This document shows, one piece after another, positions 41,285-58,400 of a stretch of 64,000 nucleotides of DNA (positions within the stretch are counted from its first letter, which is position 1; every line of letters starts with the position of its first letter). Under the pieces are notes generated by a model. That model did no database searches. It was not told the origin of the DNA and worked only from the letters and a program-made list of their open reading frames with translations. The stretch comes from the human T2T-CHM13v2.0 reference genome, Homo sapiens. The stretch is taken from NCBI RefSeq assembly GCF_009914755.1, contig NC_060925.1; one strand, written 5' to 3'. The position numbers and the translations under genes were made by a program.

Positions 41285-41740
41285 TCAGTGATGTGGAAAA
41301 GCTCCCCATTAGCCTTAGATGAAAAAGACAAGTTACAAAATGTAGATCTTAGTTTTGTGAAATAAGCAAACACACAAACAAATAGGTAAATAGAAGTCAT
41401 ATAACTTGAAACAGAAAAGTCTAAACGAAACCTGTAATCATAGACATCTAAACAGGAAACATGGCAATTATGTAAATACCCAAACATAGAAACGTTCATG
41501 ATGTAGTATATGGTGAAAAAAGCTTCTTACAAGTTGGTAATATTCAATTTTGTTAAGAAAAGTTGTAATGAAAATCTAAACAAAAAATGTCTTGAAGAAG
41601 AGACACGAGAAGAAAGAATGTTAGTTATCTTTAGATGTGTGTCTGTGTTGGGATGAGGGGACTTCTTTGTGGTTTTACTTTCTTTGTGCTTTTCTATGTT
41701 TTCCAACTCCTCCCCAAAGAACATGTTATGTTATTTTTGT
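41285..41740 (+). mobile_element. Old L1M 3' fragments
   Basis: AT-rich island with L1ME-like 3' end phrases. Confidence 0.5.
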
Positions 41741-42687
41741 AATCAGTGCATCTCCATTCCCATGTCACCCCACACAAAATAAATGGTAATTTTTAAAGTA
41801 AGAAAACAAGACAAAAATGTCCCAGAAAGGGACTCCTTCTGCAGCCCTGGGACTCTGTCTTGCTCCCGAGGGGTTGTCAAAGGGTAAGAACAGTGGCCCT
41901 GGGACTGGGAAGGCCAGTAGGAGGGCTCAGCTCCCCTCTGTCTGATGTGTGGCCCCTTTGTGGTCCCAGAGGCTCTAGGCTATGTCCCTGAGGAATTCCT
42001 AGGTCTCAGGCCAGAGCCAGGCCTCATCCCAGTTGGCATTGAGTGGTCCTAGCCTTCCTGAGCTTCGGGGAGGTGTGTGTCTGCGTGTGCATGCGTGTGG
42101 GTGTGTGTGTGTGCATTTATGTGTGTAGGTGTGTGCACAGAGCCAGCATGGAGGAGTCTGGGAGCCCCTCCTTGGTTTCTTGGTACCACACCCCACACAT
42201 ATTCCCAGGTCAGCACAAAGCAAGACTTCCCCTCCAGGATTCAGCTGCCGAGGAACCCTGCTAGGGACCAGAAGCTCATCACCTCCCCAGCAATGCGGGC
42301 CATGGAGGGGGCTCTCCATCGCACAGAGGAAGTGGTTCAGCGTCAGGAACACTGGGTGTGAATCCTATCTCTGGCTCTTAGCCATGTGGCCTTGGAACCT
42401 GAGTTCTCTGAACTTCGAGTTCATCCTTTGTCAAAAGGGATGATGATGACTGCATGGTTTATATAAGACAACTTGGTCACATGTCTGGAGCAGGGGAGGG
42501 GCTCCATAAACAGCCTCCTGAAAGTCGACCTCCCTGTAAAGACTTCCTCTGCTGCTAGCCATCCCTGTGCCACCCAGAATAGATCTGATCCCTCTGAGGC
42601 ACCTCTTCCCCAGGCAGGCTTTCCCCAGCTCTTCTGCCACCCTGGATAGCAGGCTGCCCAGGCTCACTGCATCTTCATCTCTCTAGA

Positions 42688-42840
42688 GTAGTTTCTCAAA
42701 TGCCTGGCTCCATGGGACTGCCTGGGAAGCCTGGTTAAGAATGTAAAGTTCTAGACTCTATCCATGGAGAGTCTGATTTAGGAGTTCCAGGAAGGAGCCC
42801 CAGAATCTAAATATTTATAATCTCCCAGTGGTTCTAATGG
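42688..42840. mobile_element. MER5-like hAT fragment
   Basis: agtagtttctcaaa...cctgggaagcctggttaagaat...gccccagaatct...ctcccagtggttctaatg. Confidence 0.55.
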
Positions 42841-44752
42841 GAGCCCGTGCTCTACCCGCTTCCAGTTGGCAATGTCCTGTCTTAAGTGTCACCCAGAAGT
42901 GACCAGTGCCAGGCTGCCACCCGACCAGCTTGAACCTGAGAAGTCATCCCTCCAGCTGCCCCTGCTCTCCCCACCCAGCCTCCTGGGTGCCCCGGGGGTG
43001 TGCTGTGCCACAGCCAGGCAGTGCCACTCCAGAGACTCTTGCTCTACAGTGCTCTCCCTGAAAGTGGGCAGCAGCTGGAGCCAGGAGCCCTGGCCTCCCC
43101 AACTCTGCCCCTCAGTGGATTCTGTGCCAGGAATATTTGTCCATATAGACACCTATGCAGACAGACCAAAGGGCTCCCAGAAGGAGCTGGTGAGCTTGGC
43201 CTGTGGCTCTGCAGACCTTCCCATCAGGCTGAAGGGGTCCCGCCCTGCGAAGAACATAGGCCACCAAAGATCTTGCCCTGAGAGGCCTACCCAGAATTCC
43301 AGAACTGTCCCCAGTGGATGTAGGCAGCTGTGGAACAGTGGGTAGGGGACCGCCCCTCCACCAGTGATCTGAGATCCAGAGGCCCTCAGAGAAAATGCCG
43401 GGACTCTCCAGCCCCAGGGCAGCTGGGAGACCATGGGGAGGACGGTGACCTCTGTGATTCAAGGCAGGCATCCACTGTGTCTGGCCCTTCAGTCCTCTCA
43501 GAATGTGGCCCTCTGGACTGGACGGGGCCGAGAGAGACCCACCATCCCTCAATTCCCGACTCCCTGAGGCCATCCCTCAGACAGGGTGCTCACAGCCAGC
43601 CAAGGCAGGCCCTGTCTCAACTGGCCAGCTCTGACCATTAGAACATTCTTCCTTAGGCCAAGCTCAGACCTGCATTCCTGGAGCGTCCCTGCAATGTGCC
43701 CCTCTCTGACGGCAAGCCCTTCAGATATTTAGAGATGGTATCACGCCCTCCTGGAGCTGCCCAGAGACCATCAGAGCCAGAGCCCCTGGGTTCAAATTAA
43801 ACTCTTGGAACCTCAGTTTCCTCATCTATGAAATGGAGACAACCATGGCCTCTATTTATGGAACGCACGCCCTGGCCAGGCATTGCATTAAGCATGCCAC
43901 GTGCCTAGCACATAGACATTTATTAAGGCTTCCAGATCCTTGGCCAGACGAGTGGCACTGGTTCCTGGCTGTCTGCGGAGAGGTGCCGGCTCCCTCTGCT
44001 GGAAATAGTGAGTCGCAGTCAGGACGGGAGAGGACAACGTAGAACTGCACTCTGGGTGGGAGGGACCTCAGAGATGACCTGGCCCAACATGGTGTTTTAC
44101 AGATGAGGAAACTGAGGCCAAGGGTGGCCGCCTCACTGGATGACCTCTTTGAAGTTTGCCTGTGTGGGTCCCAGATTGGGGCACTCTCTCCTGCCCCCCA
44201 ACCATGTGCTGCAGAGAGGAGCTGGGCAGTTTGGTTCTAATGGGCTCCCTGACTTCTGAACCTCACTTTCCATTCCAGCCCACCTCATCCCTCTGGGACT
44301 ACTGGGTGGAGTGTTGGGAAGGACACCGCCAGGATGCAGGCACAGGGCAGGGGCAGGGGCTCCAGCTGTGCACTTCCTTCCCCCAGCAAGCTGCAGTTCC
44401 AGGGAAGGTCCTGAGGGCAAGGCAGGAGGTCAGGAGGGTGGGGCGTCAGGAGGGCTGGGCTGTGGCATCCACCCACCCACACCATGCCTGGGAAGGACAG
44501 AGCCCACAGAGCTGGGGTCTCCCAGCCGGTGCCACTCGGGGAAGCGAAAGGGAGCTGCACAGACATCTAGGTCCAGGCTGCATTTGCTCATCCAGCTGGT
44601 AATATGACTGATGGGTAGAGAGGTCCAAAGGGACTTCCAGTGGGGACACTGGCAGACTTGGAAGATTCTGGAAACTTGTAGCTTCTCCGTGCTTGCTGTT
44701 CATGGTACTAGCTCTCTGCTAGGAGCTATGTGATGTGCTTTATGGTTATTAT

Positions 44753-45025
44753 TTTTCTTTTCTTTTTTGAGATGGCGTCTTGCTCTGTCACCCAGGCTGG
44801 AGTGCAGTGACGTGATCACGGCTCAAGTGATCCTTCCACCTCAGCTTCCTGAGTAGTTAGGACTAGAAGGGTGTACCACCACACCCAGCTAATTTTAAAC
44901 TTTTTTGTAGAGACAGGATCTTGCTATGTTGCCTAGGCTAGTCTTGAACTCCTGGCCTCAAACGATCCTCCTGCCTTGGCCTCCCAAACTGCTGGCATGA
45001 CAGGCATGAGTCACTGTTCCCGGCC
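44753..45025 (-). mobile_element. AluJ element with a small internal deletion
   Basis: Antisense Alu inside a MIR-like context. Confidence 0.88.
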
Positions 45026-47147
45026 TCTTTTCAATAATACTACAACGTAGGTATTATTAGGTCCATTTCATGAATGGGGAAACTGAGGCTTGGAGATTTA
45101 AAGAAATGGTCAGGTATCTAGAAGAGCTGTCATGAGCCCATGTCCTCTGACGTGAATGCCTTTTCACTAACTGCATTGCCTCTCATCTGTTCTTGTCTCT
45201 GTACCCTCAGTGAATAGCCATGGAGCTCCTAAAAAGAATGGGACCTTTCACTTGACCTCCCTTCTCTCCCTTGCCTACTGCCCCTGAGCGAGTGCTTCAG
45301 CTACAGTCTGGGAGCCGAAGATGCCTGTGTTTGATGCCTCCAGCACCCTGTCTCTGCATCTTGAATCCAGCCACGTGACCATCTCTTGCCCACCTTTGGC
45401 CAATGTCCCTGAGACATTTCAAGTGCATCATGCTGCAGACTGGTGTTGCTGTCTCCACAATACCGCGCTTCCCCTGTGTCCCCATCTCAGTCTTTGGTCC
45501 CACTATCCACTTCCCACATGCAGCCATTGAGTCCTCTATTTTTCTTCCTTAAATCTCCAGAATCTGCTGACAGTTTTACTTCTCTGTTATTATTGCTTTA
45601 ATTCAGACCCCCCCCCCCCACAATCCTTTACCCCTTATTCCCCCACACCCTCCCGAGCCTTTCCTGCCATCTCCTTTCCAGGGGATACTCCCTTCTGAGC
45701 TCTCTCCAGCTCTGCCCAACAGAGTTTTCTAAAATTCCAATCTGCACATGTCACTCCCTGGCTTATAAATCCTTCAGTTGCTCCCATGCTTTAAAAGAAA
45801 ATCATACACCTTGACTTTGCACATGGCATTTGAGCTCTGCCTCTGCTGGTTACCAGGTCTCACCCTTCTGCTGCAAACCCAGACACAAAGACAACCCAAA
45901 GCTCCCTGAAGGCACCTGCAGCACTTTGCCTCTCCACACCTTGCTGCTGCGTCGGCCTCCCTGCTTTCTTTGCTTGGCCAAAGCCTCATCTTCCCTGCCA
46001 TCTCACCTCAAACATCTCTGCCTCTAGAAGGCTCCCTGGACTCCCCTCACCCCTCAGCTGGTTTGGCGGTTGTGATCTGAGATAGCACACCTCTTCTTAT
46101 ATCTCTGTCCAAAACCTTAATGTAAGACATTGGTGAATACCTTAATTTTCTCTTCCACTAAGTGATGTTACTTTGAGCAGGTTTTATGTCTTTTTTGTGG
46201 GATACCCACAGTCAGGCCAGTGCCTGGCACCTAATAGGTGATTGCTGAGTCAGTGAACAAGTAAACAAATGAATGAAGAAGGTAGAAAGGAAACAGAAGT
46301 TAGGAGGGCAGAAGTGGCTGGGAATGGAGACAGTGGCCTGGAAACCTCCTGGAGGAGGGGTCAGCATCCCTTGGTCACAAATTTCTCTCCTACCTGGCTG
46401 CACATTAGGGGGACTCTCCGCTCTTTCCTGCCTCTCCCTGGCAGACTAGTGACTCCTGGACACCAGTAGTGGGAAGGCAAGGGGCCTGGAGGCTGGTCAG
46501 AGACCCACACAGAGACCATCCTTTTCCCTTCCCAAGGGACGCTGCCAGCCTCTGCAAGAAGACTACCCAAAGGCTGGTGGATGGCATGGAAACATGAGTG
46601 CTGGAATGCGATCGCCTTTCCCGCCCAGCACTGATTATGCACCATCTGTGTTCTGGGGCCTGTGCTGAAACTCTGAGCTTGTGCACATTCCAATGTGATG
46701 CCATCCTTTGGCTTAGTTTCAGATGAGACTAGGGTGGGCACAAGCCACAGGTGGCAAGATTGAGCTCTAGGCAATGAGTGCCAGGGGACAAAGGTGAGGA
46801 TGCCGGGGCTGCACAGTCAGCAAGGAGGTGGACTGAGTCTTGAAGCAGAGTGGAAAGGCAAGGGCATTGCTGGCAAGAGGGATGGCCTTTGTAGAGGCTG
46901 GAGGTCAGGACACACAGGGACAAAGAACAGCTGGATTACCTGGGCCTGAGGCTTTGGGATGGAGTGGTAGGAAATAAATTTGGAAAGAGTCATTGGAACC
47001 AGGTCCTGGAGGAATTTGCTAGGCCAAAGAGTTTGAACTTGAACCAGAAAGATGAACTGTGAGGCTGGGGTGGATCCCATGGGGCCAGCCAGGTAGCCCT
47101 TGGCTGCTTCTTCCCTGCCTTTCCAGTTAAGGAGCCATTCCCTGCAA

Positions 47148-47165
47148 TGGCCAGCAGGGGGCAGA
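47148..47165 (+). promoter_or_regulatory. Candidate CTCF site
   Basis: tggCCAGCAGGGGGCAGa matches the core consensus CCASYAGRKGGCRS without mismatch. Confidence 0.55.
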
Positions 47166-48557
47166 ACAAGCTCACGTTCCCTTAGCCCAGGCCTTCCTGT
47201 CAGGGCTCAGTGTCCAGGGAGAGACCTGGGGTGGGTGTCCCTTGGAGAGTGGGGAGGAGCACCAGGCACAGAGGAAACAGGCCAGCTGTGCATAGATGGG
47301 GGACCCGGGGAGGCTGGCTAGTCTGTGGCCATTGAAGCTGCGTGGTCTGGTGACCCGACCTGGACAGCCCTGGGGTGAGCATCCACCCTTCCTGGGCCTA
47401 GGCTCCCTGGCACTAGCACAGCTTTCCAACTGTGCCCCCTTGTCTTTGCTTTCCCCAGCTTCTCCTTCCCAGTAGAAGAACCCTCGTTCCCATGAGGTGT
47501 CTGAATTGGGCCTCCCGGCTCCCCAGCTCCTTTAGAATCAAACCAAATCTAGGAATGTGGCTAAAGAGAGTCTCTTTCCTCTGCTCAGTCCCTTCCCTGG
47601 AGAGGATGAGGGAAGGTTTTCGGGCTGATGACAAGGTATGCATGTGGGTGTTTGACTAGCATTATTCAGCAGCTTCTGTGCTAAGGACAGGGACATGAAG
47701 ACAGAAGTGCATTAGGCCAAGGCACCATTACACTCAGGGTCCCCAGCCCGCAGAGTAAACAACTCCGTGACTCAGCTGGCAATGGCTGGAAGGTGCTATG
47801 AACACAGTGCCGTGGACGCCCCGAAGAGGAGAGAACACCCCTGCACAGTGAGGACTGCAGAAGCTTTGACGAAGCTGCTACTGGATCTAGGCCTTGAAAC
47901 ATGGGTAGGATTTTACCAGATGGGGAAGAAGAAGGGGCATCTCCATTCAGGAACCAGCATGAGCAAAGGCACAGGAGTGGGGCTGTGTTTAGACAATATC
48001 AATGAACGGATACAGTTCTATATGCTTTTCCATGACCACTTGTTATATGACAAACATTGTGCTATGATATTTATATTATTTCCAATTTTCAAATCAACCC
48101 TTAAGGTGCTATGATCCCCTCTTTACAGATAAAGCATCTGAGGGTCAGAGAAATGGCATGAGAGCCCCGGTAAGGAGCATAGGAGCTGAAATGCTAGTCC
48201 CGGTCCCTGTGACTCCACTCTGCCTCCGTAAGATGGAAGTTAAGGAGTGTGCATGGCAGGGGTGGATGGGAAGGGCTGATGGTGCCACAAAGACCAGCAA
48301 AGTCCTTCTCTCCCAGGGGACGCTACCCTTGGCCCCAGCATCTCTGGCCAGACTGTAAGATCTTCTGGTCAGAAACCTTTTCTCAAACAGCTATTTGCCT
48401 TTTCACTTTTCCTTTTCCTTTTAGGAAGCAGTTCTTGTGCAAATTTCATTCTTGCGGGTCATAGATTTTGTCTGGGCCTGGGTCGCAGACAGAGAAGGAG
48501 GGGCCCTGAAATAGGGTGAAAGGAGGAGGGCCTGGGCCAGATCCCCAGGGGGCATCA

Positions 48558-51639
<3,082 letters not shown>

Positions 51640-51799
51640 GACTCCTTCTCAGCAATCATCCAGTCCTTTTAAATTGGGACACTAACCTTTTTCTTGCCAG
51701 CAATCATTTTAAAAAATCAATTTAAAATAATAAAAATTATAGTAAATACCATAATAGCAGAGAAGGATATGTAAAAATTAAAAATGTTCTACCCATCAC

Positions 51800-52760
51800 C
51801 CTTTTCCTTTGCCTCATCTTATTCCCCAAGGAACCACTCTTAACAATTTCTTATTTATCCCTAAGATATTTCTATGTATATAGACAAGCACGTATAGCTA
51901 CAAGTCACTATATGTGCTTTGTAAAAAATATATACAAATGGGATCATATCATAACAATAATGTAACCGTGTTATTTTGCAGCTTGCTTTTTTCACTTAAT
52001 GTCAGATCTTGGACCTCTTTTTCATGTCGATATCTGTAGATCTACTCATTTTTTTTGTAGTGACTATAAAAAGTTCATTGTAAAGATGTGACTGACCAGT
52101 TCCTTTTTTAATGGAGATTTATGCTGCTTAGGTTTTGCTAAGGCAAACAGTTCTAAGATGAACAACTATGTTTGTAAATTAATTGCCAGCTGACTAATAA
52201 TGTGTGTGTTTAAAATGTGAACATGTGTTCCCAGATTGCCTTTCAAAAACACTATAACAATTTATAGTCCCACTAATAGTGTATGAAAATGCCCATTTCC
52301 TTATATTTGCACCAACACTGATACTATCAAACTTTTAAATCTTTGCTAATTTGACAGATGAAAAATGGTAAAAATTTAAAAATTTTGAAAATTTAAATGC
52401 CTTTAAAAGTAAGGCTGAGCATTTAAAAAAATATATCTTGGCTATTTAAACTTCTTTTTCTTTCTTTTTTGTGAATCCCATGTGTAGAGGGATTTTTTGA
52501 GACAGCTATTCTTTTTCTCACTGATTTGTAGAAGCTCTTTGTGTATTAAGGAAATGTCTCTAAAATTCATTTTCTTAGTTCTTTCACTACAAATTCTATG
52601 TTTTAAAAGGTTTTGTTAAATAGCAGTTGCCAAGTTATTAGTTCTTTTTCTGTTTTCTCCATCTGACCCATGTATACTTAACCTCAAATATTTATCTGTA
52701 CAGATAGCCAATGTTTCTGCATTGAGTTGATGTAATTCCAGCCAAAAGCAAAGCATTGGA
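51800..52760 (-). mobile_element. Old L1M fragments
   Basis: AT-rich antisense L1 3' region phrases such as cagattgcctttcaaaa and tttgctaatttgacagatgaaaaatggta. Confidence 0.6.
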
Positions 52761-55277
52761 ATTTTTGTTAATCCCAGAAATCTCACCATGGCTAAATGTA
52801 GAGTATCCATTGGTTTTCTGAAATATTTTAAGTGGTTCAAGGAACCCTGGAGGCCTGGGGCCCTGGATGGGAGCCACAGCCTCTGATTTAGCCCTTTAGC
52901 TAGCACTTCCTTGGGCCAGCCCAGCTCACTCAAGCCAGCAGTTTGGTCAGCACCTGTGTGCACCCCTCTGGCCAGCTGTGGATTCTTCTATTCAGGTGAA
53001 TGGGCCGGGTGTTTGCATATTTTCCCCTTTGTTTATAGGCACTTATAGATGTGAGTCCCTTTTCCCTTTAGCAGATGGTCCCTGAGGCAGGACTGAACCT
53101 GCCCTAGGCCAGCCCCAGTGGGACTTTACTGGGGGTTAAGGAGGAGATGGAGGAGTGCGGTGTGGGGCGGACAGAATGGGGCTCACCCTTAGAGCCTCCC
53201 AGCTGGCCCCCACCCCCGCTGCCCATCCTTCAGCCTCCCTACTTTCTTGAAGAAATGTTGCCAGACCCATGTCCTATTCCCTTAAGGGTAGGTGTGGGCC
53301 TCTGGGCAAGTTGGGAGGGGGTTTGCAGAGCCCCAGATTGGAGAGTGGAAGGCTGGACACCACTCTCCAAATATGGGCCTGTGTGTCCTAAGTAGGCGTT
53401 AGAGGCATAGATGGGTGGTGGGGAGGGGGTGTCCTGGGAAGGGGAGGTAGCTTTCAGGCTTCTGGAAACTCACCCCCCAATCTAAAGGCAGCTTCACTGT
53501 GTTCGGGATTGTGTGTGGGGTAAGGTGGTAGTGCTGAGCTTGCAGGTGTTGGGGTGGGAGAAGAAGAGAGGCCAGAAACCTGCCCCTGATTCCTGACCTG
53601 TCTGAGCCTCTGCGGCTGACTTAGAGGCTTCCGGGTTTGTTTGTTGTTTTAACCCAGGGCTGACTTTTAAGAGACTGCCACATTCCTAAGGGATTGGCAA
53701 GTGAAGGTGATGAATGGGGTTGGCAGGAGGCAGAGTCTGAGGAAGTCAACAAGAACTCCAAGTTGACGCCCGGGAGCCCAGGTTCCCAGTGCTGTGGCCA
53801 GGCGTCCTGTCGGAGGACTGGTACCCCCGCTGACCCTGGTGGGTGGGGAAGGAGACCTTGGGCTCTGAAAAATCCCCTTTCTCTTCCCATGAATGTCCCC
53901 CAGCCTTCCTGGGCTGCTCTGTGGGCATTAGGGTTGGCCCTGTTCTTTGCCTCGGGTCACAGCTCTCCTGCCCCACTGGGGCGACCCAAGCCTGGGAGTG
54001 GGCACAGCAAGGGTAAGGGCTGAGGCTGGCAGACCTGGGTCTGTCCCCTGGAAATATGCCTCGGTGGCAAATGACTCCCCAGAGATGCCTGAGATTTTTC
54101 TTTTCTTTCTTTCTTTTTTTCTTTGCTTTGTAATTAGTATATTAAGGAGACAATACATTTCAAGAATTACTTAAATTCTGATACCCAGATTTAAGCATGT
54201 GAACATATGATGAGACCTTTAAACACACAATTAAAGCTATTCATCAGAATTTGTTATACTACCAACATTGCAGTTACTTTGGAGCGTAAGTCAAATGGTT
54301 TAAAGTAATCCTGTAACATACCTAAGGAACACCTCCCTATATTACGCGTGCAAATTCCTTCTCCATGTAAAGGTCTTTTCACTTTAATTTCTACGTTACT
54401 TTTTCTTTAAAGCAGGGCTGGTGAGATGACATAGACTGTACCTGCTCTGACTTCCATGAAACCTTATTTCATTGGCTCCATTTGCCCCGCCTGAGCCCAA
54501 ATGGAGTCTCTGAGGAGGGAGCGAGAAAGAGCTGCTCATTCTTCCAAATGTTCTGCTTTGGTCTGCAGGAAAATTATCTCACTAAATATACAAATCTATC
54601 TTGACAATGCAATTGAATGGCCCTCCCATGTACAGTGCGATGCAATAGGTGTATTCCTCCCATTTCCTCTATCCCGGGCCCCAGCAAAACCATCACAGCC
54701 AGACTGAGGGGACACCAGTCCTGACATTTGGGACATGGTAGTGAAGAATGTGGCTTCTGAGCCAAGCAGATGAAGGGCAGACTTGGCCACACACAGGAGC
54801 TGACTTCATGGACTGGTTCCCCATCTGTAAGTGGGAACCACTCTGCTCAGGCTGCCACGGAGATGAAGTCCCAGCAGGTGCATGAGTGCTCTGCAGGGTG
54901 CTGCAGTCGGGAGCGGCTGAGTCCCTACGCTCTTACTCTCCTGGAGGCCCTTCTCTCGCCTCCTCTGGGAGCTAGGTCCTTCCAGCCAGCCCTGACCATC
55001 AGGCCCCTCTGGATATGACTTGGCTGACCTTTTTTCCCCTCCATAAAATACTTGGGTCTTGAAGTCCCTTTCAGCTCTGAAGTTTGATCACTGACTCAGG
55101 CCTGGGTTGTCCAACTTCATAATTTTGCAGGCTGGGTTCAGGGAGTAGGCTTGTGCCAAGAACTCAGGACACAGTTGTCTCAGTGGGAGAGGGGTCAGGA
55201 AAGGCTTGGAACATGGAAGAAGCATGGGCTTCCTGCTGGGAGTGAGTGAGAGGGAGGTGCTTGATGTTAGTTGACCT

Positions 55278-55278
<1 letters not shown>

Positions 55279-55313
<35 letters not shown>

Positions 55314-55444
55314 AAGTGAGAGGTAGTCTCTCAAAATAATATTTGTCCTGTTTTCTCATTTTTCTAGAGCTGGTGGGATTGAAGCAGGGTTTGTTTTAGG
55401 ACTGCCAGGAGTGTGTGTGTGTGTGTGTGTGTGAGTGTGCGCGC
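55279..55444. repeat. Two (GT)n microsatellites: (GT)16 at 55279-55310 and (GT)11 at 55411-55432 followed by gagtgtgcgcgc
   Basis: Read directly. Confidence 0.95.
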
Positions 55445-58400
55445 TGAGGGTAGATGTGACAAAATGTAGCCCTTGAGAAGGCCACAAAACAAAGGCTTCT
55501 CAATTTCTCTGGCGTTATTTAGGGATATTTTATGCCTCTGCCATCCACAAAACCAAGGGCTTCTATTTAATTCATTCTTTCAAGGAATGTATTGAGCTGG
55601 GCCCAGGAGGCTGTACTCTACGTCCAGAGGCTGGCCCTATGCTGGGTACCAGAGATAAAGTAAGAATAAGATGTGATTCCATGCTCTCCTGAGCCCACTG
55701 CCCCGTGGCACAATGCAGAGTGTGGGGAGCCCCATGCCTGGGTGGCTGTGGGGTTGAGGGCTGTGGTGGCCCAGAGAGGAGCTGCAGGAGGCTCCACTGC
55801 CAAGGAGGACTTGAGCCTGCACCAAAGACCAGGTAGGCACCAGTGCAGTCCCCACAGTGGGGACAGGCACCACAAGCCATGGTGCTGCTAGTGCAAACAC
55901 TCAGAGGCATGGAAGAACACAGGTGATTGGAGAACCACATGTAGCATGGGGTAGCCAGAACCTTGGGGACAAGGACAGTGGGGACAGATAAGAAGCTTAT
56001 CCTGAGGCTCACGTCACCGAGGCCTTGGGGGCCTGACTGAGGAGTTTGGATTTTAGCCTGTGGGCAGGGGTCCTAAACTCAATTGTCTGCAGGGACCAGA
56101 GTGGGAGGAGAGGCATGAAGATGCCAGTGCAGAAAGAGGTTGCCCTGGGGAAGGCAGGCCTTGTCCCCTCTGTTCAGTCATTGTCCCAGGTTGGGGGGCA
56201 GACCCAGAGTAATATATCATCTAACTAACTCTTACAGAGAAGCTGGCAATGTGGGTTTTTACACGGGCACATTTATTTTTAAATGTTAGCAATTAATTCA
56301 AGTTTAATATATAATGAAACAAAACACATGGCTCAGGCCCATCAGGAAAGGTCTGGGTTCCTGATTTGGCGCCCAGGCCCCTGTGTGTGGCCGCTGCCTA
56401 TGACGGTGGGGGATATGCCCACAGCTTCCAAGTGGGAGTGGGTGGGTTAGAGTTTGCTTCCTGTGGTGGCGTTCTGAGGAAGCCTGTACAGACAGCTAGA
56501 GTGGACAGAGGTGGAGAGACTAGTACAGAAGTTATGGAAAAACCTCATTCTTCATTCATTCATTTAACAAATGTTTACTGAGCATGTGCTGTGTGCCAGG
56601 CACTGTGCTAAGCAGGTGCTATTAAGGGACACCCAGCCTCTTTCCAACCCACAGATCAAGGTCTGGGCTAATTCTGCCATGCCTTCCCAGGCCTCCTGTC
56701 CTTTCTTCCCAGGCTCTGAGGCTACACTTCTTGGTCCCAGGCCAAATCTGCTCTCTGCAGGGCCTCCTGAACTCCAACACAGCCTTTTTTCTGGGTTTTG
56801 CGCCCGCTCCAGTCATGCTCTGTCCTCTTCTTCTCTGGCGTTTATTGCTCCTCCCAGCTCTGCCCTCTGCACACCCATCCTTCAGTGCCTGGGTGTGGCA
56901 GAAGAGATCTCCTCCCCCCAGCTCTCCTGCTCTTGACATCAGCAGGAAATTCACAGAGCTTTTACTCTGGATCCAAACAAACACTCATGTGTTCGTGCAT
57001 CTAGCTGAGAGCCCAACCTGGGTCTGGGCTGGCCTGGGAGCCCTGGGGGATACAAAGGTCCTTGTCCTCAAGACACTCCCAGGTGGAGGGGAATAAGCCC
57101 TGTCTACCGCCAAGAGCAAGACCACTCAATACCCAACGGATGGTCCCCATGAGCCAATGGCGGCCGTGGAAACATAGAGACCCAGTTCTTCCTGCTGTGT
57201 GCTTAACTTTCATGGGCTCATGGGTGCTTCACCACTGCTCATTAAGGCCAGCTCTATTATGGTACTATTTCACATTTGAGGAGACTGAAGCTCAGAAAGT
57301 TGACTAAACTGTCTGAGATTGCTTAGCTGTCAGAGGCAGCACGTTGGTTTGACCCTGGGGTGGTTGACTGCAAGCCCGCTTAGTGCATGGCCATTTCAGG
57401 AGAAGGATGTGAGAACTGGCAGGGATAGGGGGTGGTCGCTGGGGCACATCCCCAGTGGGCATCTTCCTGGACTTTCTCCAGGATGGGGAGTGATTCCACA
57501 CAGGCTGACATGGGGTGTGATGGGCCTGGCTGCTGGCATGTGGCTCCCCGGCAGTGCCCCCACCCTTTGCTGGTCTCTCACCCAGCCCTCTCTCTGGTCT
57601 CCGGTTCTGTGGCACGTGCCTCTCTTCTCCCAGTTTGTCCCTCCTCCTCCTCCTAGACAAAGGTAGCCTGATACTGTGAGTCAGGATGGATTGGGAGCCA
57701 GGGTCATTAACTCACCTGGGCCTGTCAAATGGGCGTAAGCACTGATTATCCTGCAGGGATCTGGTGGAACTCAAACCATTGAAGATTACAGAAGGAAACT
57801 GCTATAAATATTTAGAGGCATGAGTCATTCATTCATTCGGCAAGTATTTATTGAGCGCATACTCTGTGGCAGGCCCTGCTCTGAATTTTAGGGATATTGT
57901 CCTGAGGAAGACAGCCTTAGCTCCTGCCCGCATGGGGCTTACAGTCTAGAGTGGGGTGGGGGGCAGACATTCAGTAGCCATGCAGATGAACACATAGGTA
58001 CAAAGCAAACTGTGTTCAACAAGATTGTCAACAGGGTTGGAGAAATGCGTCCACAGCCTTTCCTGAGTAAGTGGGATTTCAGCTGAAGGATGACAAGTCA
58101 GCCTGCACAGGGCAGGGCAGGGGCCCCCAGGGCGTGAGTGCAAAGCCCTCGAGTGGCGGACAAGCCAGAGGCTTGCGACAAGGCAGCATGAGCTGGGGCG
58201 GCGCGGGGGGAGGCTGGGGGCTGACTGGCCGGACTGGGCATGGCCTTGCAAAAGAGAGCTATTGAAGGATTTAGTTTAAGTGGCTTAACAAAAATAAACC
58301 TCTATCTCTTTGACCTGGGTCTCTAGAGCTTCTCCTGCCTCCTTTGCCCTCAGTGTCCATTCTGTGTGATGAGAAGTTGGGCTTGGGGGAGGTCTCAGCC

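Noticed and set aside
45608-45619. C12 run and several G-rich tracts with G-quadruplex potential
   Set aside because: Common in this GC-rich region and not linked to any feature.
54476-54506. 9-bp inverted repeat ctccatttg...caaatggag in unique-looking DNA
   Set aside because: Short enough to occur by chance in 64 kb, and I could not assign it to an RNA family.
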